Shown: positions 8,264 to 18,007 of the stretch, piece after piece
Layout of the letters: each line of letters starts with the position of its first letter
How positions within the stretch are numbered: the first letter of the stretch is position 1
Origin: an uncultured Candidatus Saccharibacteria bacterium
GTDB lineage: Bacteria > Patescibacteriota > Saccharimonadia > Saccharimonadales > JAGQNJ01
NCBI GenBank assembly: GCA_964617035.1
Contig: CAZTWB010000001.1
Coordinates: 1-33,527 of the forward strand
Direction: 5' to 3'
DNA length: 33,527 nucleotides
Made by a program: the position numbers and the translations under genes
The notes under the pieces: model-generated
What the model saw: only the letters and a program-made list of their open reading frames with translations
Told to the model about the DNA's origin: nothing
The model's database searches: none

Positions 8264-9951
8264 GTGTCGTTTACTTCAAAATGGTTCTGCAAGTAATTTA
8301 AGTGCTTAGTCCTATACTTATTAAACTCAGATTTCTTTAGGCCATTGTGTCTAATAAATCCACTAACCTTCTCGTTGCCTATGTAATGTGGAAGAATCAC
8401 AAAGCTAGCTCCCAGACCATATAGTTCTATAGCTTCAGCAACCGAGTCGGCATGACAAATAACAATACATTTTGGATTGTGCTGGTGAAGATGCTGAAGT
8501 AAAAAGACATTGGTTGCATGATCAGTAATAACCGTAACTACGAATTTCGCTTCATTTACATTGATTTCTTCTAGAAGCTGTAGGTCTGTGGCGTCTCCAT
8601 ATATGTAAGGTATGTTTCGTTGTTCTAGCGACTCTATTACGGACGGATTATAATCGACCACAATAAAGCGCTTATCCATTTCTTTGAAGGCTTTTATAAA
8701 TTCATGGCCACCATGGCTATATCCGAATAATACAAGTGGTATTGAATTATGTTTTCTTTTCTCTTTGTGGGTGATATTTCTATCGAAACGCTTTATTATG
8801 ATTTTCTCAAACAGCTTGCCGTAAATGGTGTCAGAATAATACATCATGTATGTGGATGTAGCGATGGTGGCAATTGCAACAAGTGTCATAACGGCACTTA
8901 CTTGTTCTCCCACTAGACCAACGCCTGAAGCCAAGACTACTAATATAATAGAAAACTCACTGATTTGTGAAAGATTTATACCAGCCAGAAAGCTAACCCG
9001 TTTTGGGTACCCTAAAAGACCCATTGAGGTTGTTACGACCAGTGGTTTTCCGATAATTACTATCATTGACAAGATTATTGCTGGCAATATTGCGCCCGAG
9101 ATATGTGAGACATTTAGACTGCCACCTAACGTTATAAAAAATATCACAACAAAAAAGTCGCGCAATGGTTTAAGTCTAGAGCTAATTTCTTGTGCATAGG
9201 GCGAGGACGCTAACGCAACACCACTGAATAAGGCGCCAACTTCCACAGAGAAACCTACAACCTCAAATAAACTAGCAACTCCAAACCCCCAAGCAATTGC
9301 AAACAAGAACAGCATTTCTTGTGAGGAGGCCATGTATCTTGTAATCTTTGGGAGTATTTTTGTGCTACAAATGACCAATAAACTAATCAATACAACTCCT
9401 TTAACAAGTAACATAAATAAATCGTTTGCTTCAAAACCACCACTCTTATTCGCTACTACAAACAATAATGCTAGGGTGGCCACGAAGTCTTCAACGAGTA
9501 TTACCCCGATTGCTATTTGACCATGTAAGCGATTCTGTTCCTTTTTGTCAGAGAGTATCTTAACTATAATAATAGTACTGCTAAAAAATAGCGACAAACC
9601 TATAACTAACGACTCTGTCTTGCTAAATCCTAGACCAGATGCGGCAAAGGCGCCAATTGAGCCGATTGTCAGTAAGGTAGCCAGGGATGTTGTTACTACT
9701 ACCTTGCCCAGGCTACGAACTTCCTTTACGTTCATACCTAGGCCGATTATGAATAACAACAAAGCGATCCCTAACTTTGAGTATGCCTCAAATGTTTCTG
9801 TGTCATGGATGACGTTTAACAAAGAAGGACCAACCAATAAACCAGATAAAATGTATCCTAGTATTAAGGGTTGTTTGAGACGACGCATTATCAAAGAAAC
9901 AATAGTAGTAATTGCGATTACGATACTGAGTTGGGTGAATGCGTCTTCCAT
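8257..9951 (-). CDS. Monovalent cation:proton antiporter-2 (CPA2/Kef-type) with a C-terminal RCK/TrkA-N domain
   Basis: 564 aa. The N-terminal ~380 aa form a Na+/H+ exchanger-type polytopic domain (LGYILSGLLVGPS...). The C-terminal part is a Rossmann-like domain (VLFGYSHGGHEFIKAF...VVDYNP...GDATD). Confidence 0.85.
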   Translation of the reverse strand: MEDAFTQLSIVIAITTIVSLIMRRLKQPLILGYILSGLLVGPSLLNVIHDTETFEAYSKLGIALLLFIIGLGMNVKEVRSLGKVVVTTSLATLLTIGSIGAFAASGLGFSKTESLVIGLSLFFSSTIIIVKILSDKKEQNRLHGQIAIGVILVEDFVATLALLFVVANKSGGFEANDLFMLLVKGVVLISLLVICSTKILPKITRYMASSQEMLFLFAIAWGFGVASLFEVVGFSVEVGALFSGVALASSPYAQEISSRLKPLRDFFVVIFFITLGGSLNVSHISGAILPAIILSMIVIIGKPLVVTTSMGLLGYPKRVSFLAGINLSQISEFSIILVVLASGVGLVGEQVSAVMTLVAIATIATSTYMMYYSDTIYGKLFEKIIIKRFDRNITHKEKRKHNSIPLVLFGYSHGGHEFIKAFKEMDKRFIVVDYNPSVIESLEQRNIPYIYGDATDLQLLEEINVNEAKFVVTVITDHATNVFLLQHLHQHNPKCIVICHADSVAEAIELYGLGASFVILPHYIGNEKVSGFIRHNGLKKSEFNKYRTKHLNYLQNHFEVNDTY

Positions 9952-10147
9952 GTATGGTTGTATGTTTTTAAAGCTTCTTGTTTATTGCCTTAATAATTAT
10001 AGAGTAGTTCAGTAAACTGGCAAAATTTGAATAATCAAATACAAAGAATCAGTACTTTTTGGATATTCAATTATAGAGAGTGATGGTTTTGTAGTATACT
10101 TATAAAATAAATCTAAAACAACAATTCTTAAGTTAATAGGTATAATA

Positions 10148-11422
10148 ATGAAATTTCCTACAGTAGAAGAAATAAATGATTCCGTAAACACGATACTTCC
10201 AGATATTATTTTTAGGTATGATAAAAGACTGAAGATTTTTCTAGAACAGAATACCGAAAAACAGGCGGAAATATTACGAAAAGCCCCAAAATCAGTACGT
10301 AAAGACCTACTGATTAAGATGCCAGAACCGGATCTTGTTAAGATACTATCTGTTGTTGACCCAGATCAAGCTACAGACATGCTTCAGTTGTTAACTAAGG
10401 CTAAACGAGAAAGTGTTTTGGCACAGGTTAGCGAGGAGATCAAAGAATCCCTTTCGACATTATTAGAGTTTGATGCGAATACCGCGGCTGGTTTGATGAC
10501 ACTTGATTATATTTCAGTTGAAGCAACAGACAATATCAAGACTGTCGCCCAAAAATTTAAGACACATGAAACTAAAACCGGTAGATCTCCGATTATTTTA
10601 GTAAGAAAAGAGGGGAAACTATCTGGTTTTTTGCCCGCTCATGAGCTAGGTTTAGCTGGTCGTAATGAATTAATAGGTAAGTATGTAAAAAGAATACCCA
10701 CAATTTCATATGCCGCAGATCATCAAAAGGTAGTTGATAAATTTAGAGCTCATCCACACAATAAAATAGCAGTATTGAATGACTCAGGAGATGTCATGGG
10801 GATAATCTACTCAGATGATGTCTTGCAGTTGATTGAAGAAAAAGAAGCAGCCACCTTGTACGACTTTGCCGGTGTTAGCTCCGAAGAAGGAGTGTCCGAT
10901 AGTTCAGCGCGTAAAGTGAAGTTCCGATATAAATGGTTGATAATAAACCTTGCAACTGCTTTTTTGGCATCGTTTGTTGTTAGTCAGTTTGAATCAACGA
11001 TATCAGAGTATGTACTTTTGGCAGTTTATATGCCCATAGTTGCTGGTATGGGAGGAAATGCCGCCACCCAAACTTTAGCAGTTTTAGTTAGAGGTATTGC
11101 ACTTAAGCAAATATCTTTGAGGACGGCTTTTAAAACACTCAAGAACGAAGTTGGCGCTGGGGTTATAAATGGTTTAATCAACGGATTTTTAGTTGCTTTC
11201 GTTGTACTGGTTAAGGATCATGACGCCAAGATTGCAATCATTCTAGCACTTGCTATGGTCATTAATATGATAGTTGCCGCAACTTTTGGCACACTAGTGC
11301 CTTTGATTATGGCAAAGCTACGAAAGGATCCTGCAACATCCGCAACAATATTTATTACTACTGCAACTGATGTTCTTGGTTTTTTGGCTTTTCTCGGCCT
11401 AGCCACAATAATCCTAAATTAG
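10148..11422 (+). CDS. mgtE: Magnesium transporter MgtE
   Basis: 424 aa with an MgtE N-domain, a CBS pair (TLDYISVEATDNI..., HNKIAVLNDSGDVMGIIYSDDVL) and a C-terminal TM domain containing PIVAGMGGNAATQT and TTATDVLGF. Confidence 0.9.
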   Translation: MKFPTVEEINDSVNTILPDIIFRYDKRLKIFLEQNTEKQAEILRKAPKSVRKDLLIKMPEPDLVKILSVVDPDQATDMLQLLTKAKRESVLAQVSEEIKESLSTLLEFDANTAAGLMTLDYISVEATDNIKTVAQKFKTHETKTGRSPIILVRKEGKLSGFLPAHELGLAGRNELIGKYVKRIPTISYAADHQKVVDKFRAHPHNKIAVLNDSGDVMGIIYSDDVLQLIEEKEAATLYDFAGVSSEEGVSDSSARKVKFRYKWLIINLATAFLASFVVSQFESTISEYVLLAVYMPIVAGMGGNAATQTLAVLVRGIALKQISLRTAFKTLKNEVGAGVINGLINGFLVAFVVLVKDHDAKIAIILALAMVINMIVAATFGTLVPLIMAKLRKDPATSATIFITTATDVLGFLAFLGLATIILN

Positions 11423-11484
11423 ATAATTATTACAATTGTGATACTATGTTTTCATAGTTAACTAAGCAATAAAAAAACAAAAGA

Positions 11485-12123
11485 GTGAAAAGATCTAAAA
11501 TAAAAGCAACCAACAGGGCAAATTTTTTTAAAAAGCACAAGAAATTTTTTGTATGTCTAGCTGTATTGATTGTTGCAATAGGTGGATTTGTAGCACTTAA
11601 GCTTAGCATGGCAGCGCCTTTTGATGGATGGCAAAGACTTAGAGTGGTGAATGTTGCTACTCAACAAATAGGTCATCGTGAATGGGACGCCCAAGTTCTT
11701 GCATATTCAGAGAATAACAAAGAAAACTGGTGCGCGGATTTTGTTAGTTGGGTTTATGCTACTGCGGGATATCCACTTCCAGGTGGAAGTGTTGCTTATA
11801 AAAGAAGCGCTTGGAGGATACCATTGGTATATAATCGAGTCTCTGGTACACCTAATCTTAGAGATATCTTTATGTTCACTGGAACCTACAAAACTAAAGA
11901 AAGTGGCTATGTTCCGGCTCCAGGTGATATCATAATCTTTGCAAGAGCAGGAGCAAGCCACACTGGAATTGTCGAAAATACCACCCCGGCTTCTAAGAGT
12001 TCACCGGTTATCGTAAACACCATAGAAGGAAATACAGCAAATCAAGTTGCCCGTAGGTCGTATTCTATAAATGACGCCAAGATTGATGGCTACGGGACAA
12101 TTATTGACCTGAAGCGTTGGTGA
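11485..12123 (+). CDS. Membrane-anchored or secreted CHAP-domain protein (putative peptidoglycan amidase/endopeptidase)
   Basis: GTG start and an N-terminal TM or signal segment. The CHAP catalytic context is NWCADFVSWVY (Cys) and GDIIIFARAGASHTGIVE (His). Confidence 0.75.
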   Translation: MKRSKIKATNRANFFKKHKKFFVCLAVLIVAIGGFVALKLSMAAPFDGWQRLRVVNVATQQIGHREWDAQVLAYSENNKENWCADFVSWVYATAGYPLPGGSVAYKRSAWRIPLVYNRVSGTPNLRDIFMFTGTYKTKESGYVPAPGDIIIFARAGASHTGIVENTTPASKSSPVIVNTIEGNTANQVARRSYSINDAKIDGYGTIIDLKRW

Positions 12124-12149
12124 TATGCTCCTATTGATAATAGTAGCTG

Positions 12150-12791
12150 TTAATTTTCGGCTTTTTTAATAGCTTCGTCAATCAGCTTAGAAAAGTCTTC
12201 AATGTTCTTTGGGTCGCTAGTGACTTTTGTGTTGTTAATAAAAAATGTTGGAGTTCCTTCTACGCCAACTTTCTGACCTGCTGCGTAATCGGCATTTATT
12301 AGAGCATTAGTCTCTGTACTTTTATATTCATTTTTAAATTGTTCAACATTCATACCAAGCTCACTGGCATAATCTTCCATCATTTGGGTCGCATTTTTGC
12401 TAGAACTCCAAGCTTGTTGGCGCTGATATAGGAGTTCATACATTTCCCAAAACTTGTTTTGCTTAGCTGAAGCTTCAGCTGCACGGTGTGCGCTCATGGC
12501 ATTCGGGTGTATTTGGGTTATTGGAAAATGCCTAAACTGAAAGGTGATATCGTCACCATACTTTTTTCGAACTTCTTCCACCACAGGGAAATATGCACCA
12601 CATGATGGACACTGAAAATCACCATATTCAAGTAACGTTACCTTCTTATTACCGGCACCCGTTTTGTGCTCTGTGGGCTGAACGCTAGAAGTACCTTGGT
12701 TGTTTTGCTTATCCTTTTGCCCTTTAACGACCACAAAACCAACAAATACCAAGATTAAAACTGCCATTACCACCAAAAAACGTTTGTTCAT
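12150..12791 (-). CDS. DsbA-family thiol:disulfide oxidoreductase (thioredoxin fold)
   Basis: 213 aa with an N-terminal TM anchor, the CPSC active site (GDFQCPSCG) and a C-terminal GTPTFFIN motif. Confidence 0.8.
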   Translation of the reverse strand: MNKRFLVVMAVLILVFVGFVVVKGQKDKQNNQGTSSVQPTEHKTGAGNKKVTLLEYGDFQCPSCGAYFPVVEEVRKKYGDDITFQFRHFPITQIHPNAMSAHRAAEASAKQNKFWEMYELLYQRQQAWSSSKNATQMMEDYASELGMNVEQFKNEYKSTETNALINADYAAGQKVGVEGTPTFFINNTKVTSDPKNIEDFSKLIDEAIKKAEN

Positions 12792-12849
12792 ACTCGCGAC
12801 AAATCTCCCATTACTTTTAGTAGTTTAATAATACCCTAATTTGTAGATT

Positions 12850-13941
12850 TTGAAAAATATCCATAACCACAGTAAGATATTAAGTATGTGGATATCTATT
12901 ATTAGCATTTTGCTGGTTATGGTTTTGTTGTATACGATCATACTTTTAAAGACTTATCGGCATATTTCTGTTAAGGAGTTAAAGAGACAGGCTCGATCTG
13001 GTGATAAACTTGCTAGTTCTTTGTATAGAGTTACGGGTTTTGGATATAGTTTGGATATTTTTCTATGGTTTGTAATTGGAGTGAGTGGAGGCTTATTGTT
13101 TGCGCTACTATCGAGTCATATTAATTTCTGGATATCCGCCGTGCTCATTTCCTTAATGATATGGTTGGGATTTGCATGGTTGCCCAAAAGTCATGGATCT
13201 TATACGGGTAGACTGATAGCTCGATATAGTGCAAAACCACTACAGATAATTATTGATTTTTTGTATCCTTTGCTTTCAAGAATTGAGCGACAAATAATGA
13301 AGTTTACCCCCATTTATTTACATACTGGATTGTACGAAAGGCAGGATTTGCTCGATTTACTTAGTCAGCAAAAAGGTCAACTTGATAATCGTATTCCAAA
13401 AGAAGACTTAATGATTGCCCAGAACGCACTAAGATTTGGCGAAAAAACCATAACAGAAATAATGACACCAAAAAGAGTTATTAAATTTGTGAATATTGAA
13501 GAACAAGTTGGTCCTGTTCTAATGGAAGAACTGCACAAAAGTGGTCACTCTAGGTTCCCGGTATACGAAGGAAAGAAAGATAACTTTGTTGGGATTCTGT
13601 ATTTAAGGGACGCAATTAAGGCGAGAGCTGGTGGATCGGTAAGAAGTTTAATGGTCAATAAACTTCACTATGTTCATGACGAGAGCAGTATTAGCGATGT
13701 TTTACAGGCCTTTATTAAGACTCACCATCACATGTTTTTGGTGGTAAACGGTTTTGAGGAAGTAGTTGGGTTGGTAACTATGGAAGACGTCATAGAGCAG
13801 ATTATCGGTAAGCCAATTCTTGATGAATTTGATGATTATGAGAGTCCGCGTGCAGTCGCTACTCGTTTAGCAATTCAAGACCACAAAGCTAACAATGAAG
13901 TTGTTGGCACGACAGACAATAAATCTAGCAAAAGCAAATAA
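12850..13941 (+). CDS. CNNM/DUF21 transmembrane domain plus CBS-pair protein (hemolysin/CorC-family, no CorC_HlyC domain seen)
   Basis: 363 aa. An N-terminal TM domain is followed by a CBS pair (ITEIMTPKRVIKFV..., SRFPVYEGKKDNFVGILYLRD, HHMFLVVNGFEEVVGLVTMEDVIEQIIG). The track start is TTG; ATG 12886 (MWISII) is more likely. Confidence 0.8.
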   Translation: MKNIHNHSKILSMWISIISILLVMVLLYTIILLKTYRHISVKELKRQARSGDKLASSLYRVTGFGYSLDIFLWFVIGVSGGLLFALLSSHINFWISAVLISLMIWLGFAWLPKSHGSYTGRLIARYSAKPLQIIIDFLYPLLSRIERQIMKFTPIYLHTGLYERQDLLDLLSQQKGQLDNRIPKEDLMIAQNALRFGEKTITEIMTPKRVIKFVNIEEQVGPVLMEELHKSGHSRFPVYEGKKDNFVGILYLRDAIKARAGGSVRSLMVNKLHYVHDESSISDVLQAFIKTHHHMFLVVNGFEEVVGLVTMEDVIEQIIGKPILDEFDDYESPRAVATRLAIQDHKANNEVVGTTDNKSSKSK

Positions 13942-13984
13942 CTCATTCACACAGTAACCAGCAGTAGATAATAACCTACAGAGG

Positions 13985-13993
13985 TGGTATAAT
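13985..13993 (+). promoter_or_regulatory. Extended -10 promoter element TGGTATAAT upstream of aspS
   Basis: Exact TGnTATAAT about 125 nt upstream of the aspS GTG. The same 9-mer recurs at 16078 and 26985. AGGAGG at 14108-14113 serves GTG 14118. Confidence 0.4.
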
Positions 13994-14117
13994 AAATAAT
14001 CTAATGAATTTGACATTACAAAATAATAGAAATTTGTGGGGTGATGGTCGCTCGTGTGAAGCGATTATTGTAGACCCTAAGTAGCACTATTGTAAGAACC
14101 TAAATACAGGAGGAATT

Positions 14118-15428
14118 GTGAGGACTTTAAGCAACAAAATAGCTGAAAAGATAAATAAAGAGGCAACGATTTTAGGCTGGCTTCACAAAAAGCGCGCCAT
14201 GGGCGGAATTAATTTTATAAATATCCGTGATCGCGCCGGTTTGGTTCAGGTGGTAGTAGAAGATAAACAAGAAGTCGAAAAGCTACGGGGTCTGCAAATA
14301 GGTACAGTTTTGGAGGTAACCGGCAAAGTTGTTAAGGAAGAACGAGCCCCCGGAGGTGCTGAACTTCATAATCCCAAGGTGAACGTTATGGTGCCTGTTA
14401 CATCGGAACCTCCAATAGAAATCGATAAGCCACTTAGTCATAAATCAGAACATCTCGATACGTTATTTGATAATCGTGAAGTTGGACTACGAAATTTACA
14501 GGAACAAGCAGTTTTTAAAATTCAATCACAGGTAGCCAAAAGTATTCGCTCATATTTTGAAAAAAATGATTTTACCGAAATAAGAACGCCAAAACTATTA
14601 GCTGAACCCACAGAAGGTGGTGCGGAGGTGTTTAAGTTAGATTATTTTGGAAAAACTGCCACACTTGCACAGAGTCCGCAGTTTTACAAACAAATGATGG
14701 TTGGGGTTTTTGAGAGAGTTTATGAAATTGCTCCCGTTTATCGAGCAGAACCTAGCGCAACCACACGACATATGACCGAATACATATCCGTTGACGGAGA
14801 GATGGGATTTATCAACCTAAATGATCTGCAAGAATTTTTAAGTGGATTAGTTAACGGTGTTGTTGATGATGTTTGGCAAAATTTTGAAGTTGAACTTAAG
14901 AGGTGGAACGCGAATAAGCCTGTGCTTACAAAAAGTTTTCCGTCACTGACAATGGCTGAAATTCACGAAAAATATTCCAAAGCCACCGGACAAAATACTG
15001 TTGGCGAGAAGGATCTACGTCCCGATGAAGAGCGATGGATATGCGAGTACGCCAAGAAAAACTTAGGAAGTGAAGCGGTCTTTGTGACTGAATGGCCAGC
15101 AAACGACATGAAGTTTTATCATAAGGCTAATGAGCAAGATTCAAAAGTTGCCGATCGTGTTGACCTATTATTTAGAGGGATTGAAATTGTAACAGCCAGT
15201 ATGCGCGAAAATCGTTACGAGGTTGTCGTTAAACAACTCAAGACTTTAGCTGGAGGTGACCCAAACGACCCAGGATTCAAGCCTTTATTGACTGCGATGA
15301 GAAATGGAATGCCACCTCACGGGGGTTTTGGTATGGGATTGGAGCGTTTGACCCAAAAAATTATTGGATTCAATAACGTTAAAGAAGCAAGCTTGTTCCC
15401 AAGAGATATAAATCGGTTGGCACCATAA
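14118..15428 (+). CDS. aspS: Aspartate--tRNA ligase, archaeal/eukaryotic type (class IIb)
   Basis: 436 aa with an N-terminal OB fold. Motif 2 region is YEIAPVYRAEPSATTRHMTEYISVDGEM. The C-terminus is GGFGMGLERL...FPRDINRLAP. The length fits the short type-2 AspRS. Confidence 0.9.
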   Translation: MRTLSNKIAEKINKEATILGWLHKKRAMGGINFINIRDRAGLVQVVVEDKQEVEKLRGLQIGTVLEVTGKVVKEERAPGGAELHNPKVNVMVPVTSEPPIEIDKPLSHKSEHLDTLFDNREVGLRNLQEQAVFKIQSQVAKSIRSYFEKNDFTEIRTPKLLAEPTEGGAEVFKLDYFGKTATLAQSPQFYKQMMVGVFERVYEIAPVYRAEPSATTRHMTEYISVDGEMGFINLNDLQEFLSGLVNGVVDDVWQNFEVELKRWNANKPVLTKSFPSLTMAEIHEKYSKATGQNTVGEKDLRPDEERWICEYAKKNLGSEAVFVTEWPANDMKFYHKANEQDSKVADRVDLLFRGIEIVTASMRENRYEVVVKQLKTLAGGDPNDPGFKPLLTAMRNGMPPHGGFGMGLERLTQKIIGFNNVKEASLFPRDINRLAP

Positions 15429-16051
15429 TGAAGCTATATTTGTCTTCTTACAGGGTTCCAGTAGAAAAACCATTATTCGAGCTGTTTGATAAAAAACCAA
15501 AAAAACTAAAAGGTGCAATAATCACCAATGCAAAAGACAGGAAAGAACCAAAAGAACGAGAACAAAAGCTTAATGCTCTTCAGTTAGATTTAGCAAAGAC
15601 AGGCCTAAAAAATACAGTCTTAGTAGATTTACTAGAATACAATAATCCACGCAAACTGGGAAACCATCTAGCTAGTTTTGATTATCTGTATGTTGCTGGT
15701 GGTAACAGTTTTGATTTATTATCGGCTATGCGAAAAAGTGGCTTTGATCATGTAGTTGAAGATCTGTTAGATGTTGGACAGGTGTATATTGGCGAAAGTG
15801 CAGGAGCAGTGGTAGCTGGTCCAAGTATGCGTGGTTTTGAGTGCGTAGACGAGGTATCTAAAAAACATCAAAATAAAGGACTAGGATTAATTGATACAAT
15901 AATTGTTCCACATAACAATAGTCCTGATCCTGCATATAACGGTATAGCTGAATGCGTCAAGCTTCAAAATCCCAGTCACACAATACAGCCCCTAAACGAT
16001 GATCAGTGCTTTGTAAAGAATGGCCGTGACGTAAAAACATATACCGCCTAA
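15428..16051 (+). CDS. Peptidase S51 family (dipeptidase E-like)
   Basis: 207 aa with YVAGGNSFDLLSAMRKSGF and IGESAGAVVAG (nucleophile Ser context). The ATG overlaps the aspS TAA by 1 nt. Confidence 0.75.
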   Translation: MKLYLSSYRVPVEKPLFELFDKKPKKLKGAIITNAKDRKEPKEREQKLNALQLDLAKTGLKNTVLVDLLEYNNPRKLGNHLASFDYLYVAGGNSFDLLSAMRKSGFDHVVEDLLDVGQVYIGESAGAVVAGPSMRGFECVDEVSKKHQNKGLGLIDTIIVPHNNSPDPAYNGIAECVKLQNPSHTIQPLNDDQCFVKNGRDVKTYTA

Positions 16052-16077
16052 CTACCAGGTTTGTGGTCTAGCGGATT

Positions 16078-16086
16078 TGGTATAAT
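16078..16086 (+). promoter_or_regulatory. Extended -10 promoter element TGGTATAAT upstream of the 16104 gene
   Basis: Exact TGGTATAAT, followed by AGAGGA (16094-99) and ATG 16104. Confidence 0.4.
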
Positions 16087-16103
16087 AAACGTTAGAGGAA
16101 TAT

Positions 16104-17843
16104 ATGCAAGATCAAAAAGACGAAGATAAGATAAATCTAGAAGATGACATTGAGGATATTGAGCTTCAAGAAAATAGCCAGTTATTAGATGACCAAGCGG
16201 GGTTCTTGAATGAATCGACAGACCTAAAAGAAGATACTGAAGCTAGTGATCCTAAATCTAGCAATAAGATCACTAGGTTTATAAAAGATTTATGGAGAAA
16301 TCCCAAAAAGCGCTGGGGTATAATTATTGGTTCTACTGTGATTGTTATGATTTTGGCAATTTTACCACAATCAAGATACTTTGTACTTAATAATGTTGGA
16401 GTACGTAGTTCGGCATCCATAAGGGTACTGGATAGTAGCACGGGACAGCCTTTAAAAAACGTTAGTGTAAAGATTGGTAGTGTGGAGTCTAAGACCGGAC
16501 AAGAAGGAGTAGCCAAGCTCGAAAACTTAAAATTAGGAAACACAAAACTCATAATTCACAAGAGAGCTTTTGCAGTGAGTACTTCTGATATTACTATCGG
16601 TTGGGGGAGTAATCCCTTGGGCGAGCAAAGTGTAAAACCAGTTGGCCTTCAATATACCTTCGAAGTTAAGGACTATCTATCTGGTAAGCCAATAGAGAAG
16701 GCAGAAGCTGTGAGTGGTGAATATAGCGCCTTCTCAGATGAAAATGGCAAGGCGGTATTAACCATTGATCAACCAGGAGAGGATACGATAAAAATCACAA
16801 TCAATGCCGATGGTCGAAGAAGTGAAGAAATCAATCAACAAACCGAATCTAAAGAAGCCCAAGAAATTTTAATGGTTCCAGCCAGGAAGCATATATTTGT
16901 CAGCAAAAGGTCGGGTAAGTATGATGTGTACAAAGTAGATTTAGATGGCAAGAATGAAGAATTATTGCTTAGCGGTACAGGCTATGAAACAGATGACATT
17001 AGTTTAGTGCCAAATGCCGATAAAGATATGACGGCACTAGTTAGTACTCGTGAAAATACTAGAAATAAAGATGGGTTTTTGCTTAGCACTTTGACTCTAA
17101 TTGATGCTACGGGTGATGCAGTTTCCACCGAGCCAATTACTAAATCTGAAAAAATACAAGTGATAGGTTGGTCTGGCGATCAACTTGTTTATGTCAAAAT
17201 TGCTGATGGAGCTAGCGCCTCCACTCCTGGTCGGCACAGACTGATGACTTATAATTCTGACACCGGTCAAAGCAAGGAAATTGCTCAGAGCAATTATTTT
17301 AATGATTTATTAATGATTGGCGACGACATATACTATGCTCCTTCATCAGCATTCGAAGAATCCAAAAAGGGATTTTTCAAGGTTAGTAGCAAAGGTGAAG
17401 ACCAGAGGGTGTTATTTGATAATGAGGTCTGGAATATTATTAGAACCGACTACGACACTCTAATGTTTTCTGTAGATAAAGACTGGTACGAGTATGATTT
17501 AACTAGTGGCAAGGTTCTCGCCTCAAACGGACCGCCCGTAAGCCAAATCACAAGAGTATATATTGATGGGCCAGAGAAAAAGAAGAGTCTTTGGATAGAT
17601 CAGCGGGATGGCAAGGGCGCACTGCTTACATACGACACAAATTCAAAAGAAGATAAAGTTATAAAAACACAAAGTGGTTTAACGTATCCAATTCTTTGGC
17701 TGAGCGATAAAGTTACCATATATCGCATTAGTACCGATCAGGAATCAGCCGACTATGCCATTAGTTTAGATAGTGGAGAGGCAAAGAAAATCAGAGACGT
17801 CACCAAAACTAGTGGCATCGATCGTTGGTATTATTACCGTTAA
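16104..17843 (+). CDS. Membrane-anchored extracytoplasmic protein; carboxypeptidase-regulatory-like Ig domains plus a TolB/PD40-like beta-propeller region
   Basis: 579 aa. It has an acidic N-terminus and one TM (WGIIIGSTVIVMILAIL). IRVLDSSTGQPLKNVSVKIGSVESKTGQEGVAKL resembles a CarboxypepD_reg fold. GKYDVYKVDLDGKNEELL... resembles PD40 repeats. Confidence 0.55.
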   Translation: MQDQKDEDKINLEDDIEDIELQENSQLLDDQAGFLNESTDLKEDTEASDPKSSNKITRFIKDLWRNPKKRWGIIIGSTVIVMILAILPQSRYFVLNNVGVRSSASIRVLDSSTGQPLKNVSVKIGSVESKTGQEGVAKLENLKLGNTKLIIHKRAFAVSTSDITIGWGSNPLGEQSVKPVGLQYTFEVKDYLSGKPIEKAEAVSGEYSAFSDENGKAVLTIDQPGEDTIKITINADGRRSEEINQQTESKEAQEILMVPARKHIFVSKRSGKYDVYKVDLDGKNEELLLSGTGYETDDISLVPNADKDMTALVSTRENTRNKDGFLLSTLTLIDATGDAVSTEPITKSEKIQVIGWSGDQLVYVKIADGASASTPGRHRLMTYNSDTGQSKEIAQSNYFNDLLMIGDDIYYAPSSAFEESKKGFFKVSSKGEDQRVLFDNEVWNIIRTDYDTLMFSVDKDWYEYDLTSGKVLASNGPPVSQITRVYIDGPEKKKSLWIDQRDGKGALLTYDTNSKEDKVIKTQSGLTYPILWLSDKVTIYRISTDQESADYAISLDSGEAKKIRDVTKTSGIDRWYYYR

Positions 17844-18007
17844 GTAAATCAGATTACTTTCTTTACCCAAAAAGCAGTCTTTACTCCTCATCCCGTTAAT
17901 GCTAGTATTAAGTAAGTTATTTAACAAGACATGTATTTAAGTTATGTAAGATAGTTAGTCTTATATAGCTAGTTCTAATTACTAAACTGCCATAAATACT
18001 AATAAGC

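Noticed and set aside
8846-10015. Plus-strand ORFs 8846-9199, 9332-9520 and 9545-10015
   Set aside because: They lie entirely antisense within the CPA2 antiporter gene and have low-complexity, non-protein-like composition.
9952-10147. M-box (Mg2+) riboswitch upstream of mgtE, and the TATAAT at 10141-46 as its promoter
   Set aside because: I could not find the conserved M-box core (GTTAGGTGAGGC-type segment). The TATAAT lies only 1 nt before ATG 10148, which is too close to drive a transcript containing that start codon.
13994-14117. T-box leader upstream of aspS
   Set aside because: There is no T-box sequence (AGGGTGGTACCGCG-like) and no specifier-loop architecture. Only a small hairpin (TCGCT-cgtgtga-AGCGA) is visible.
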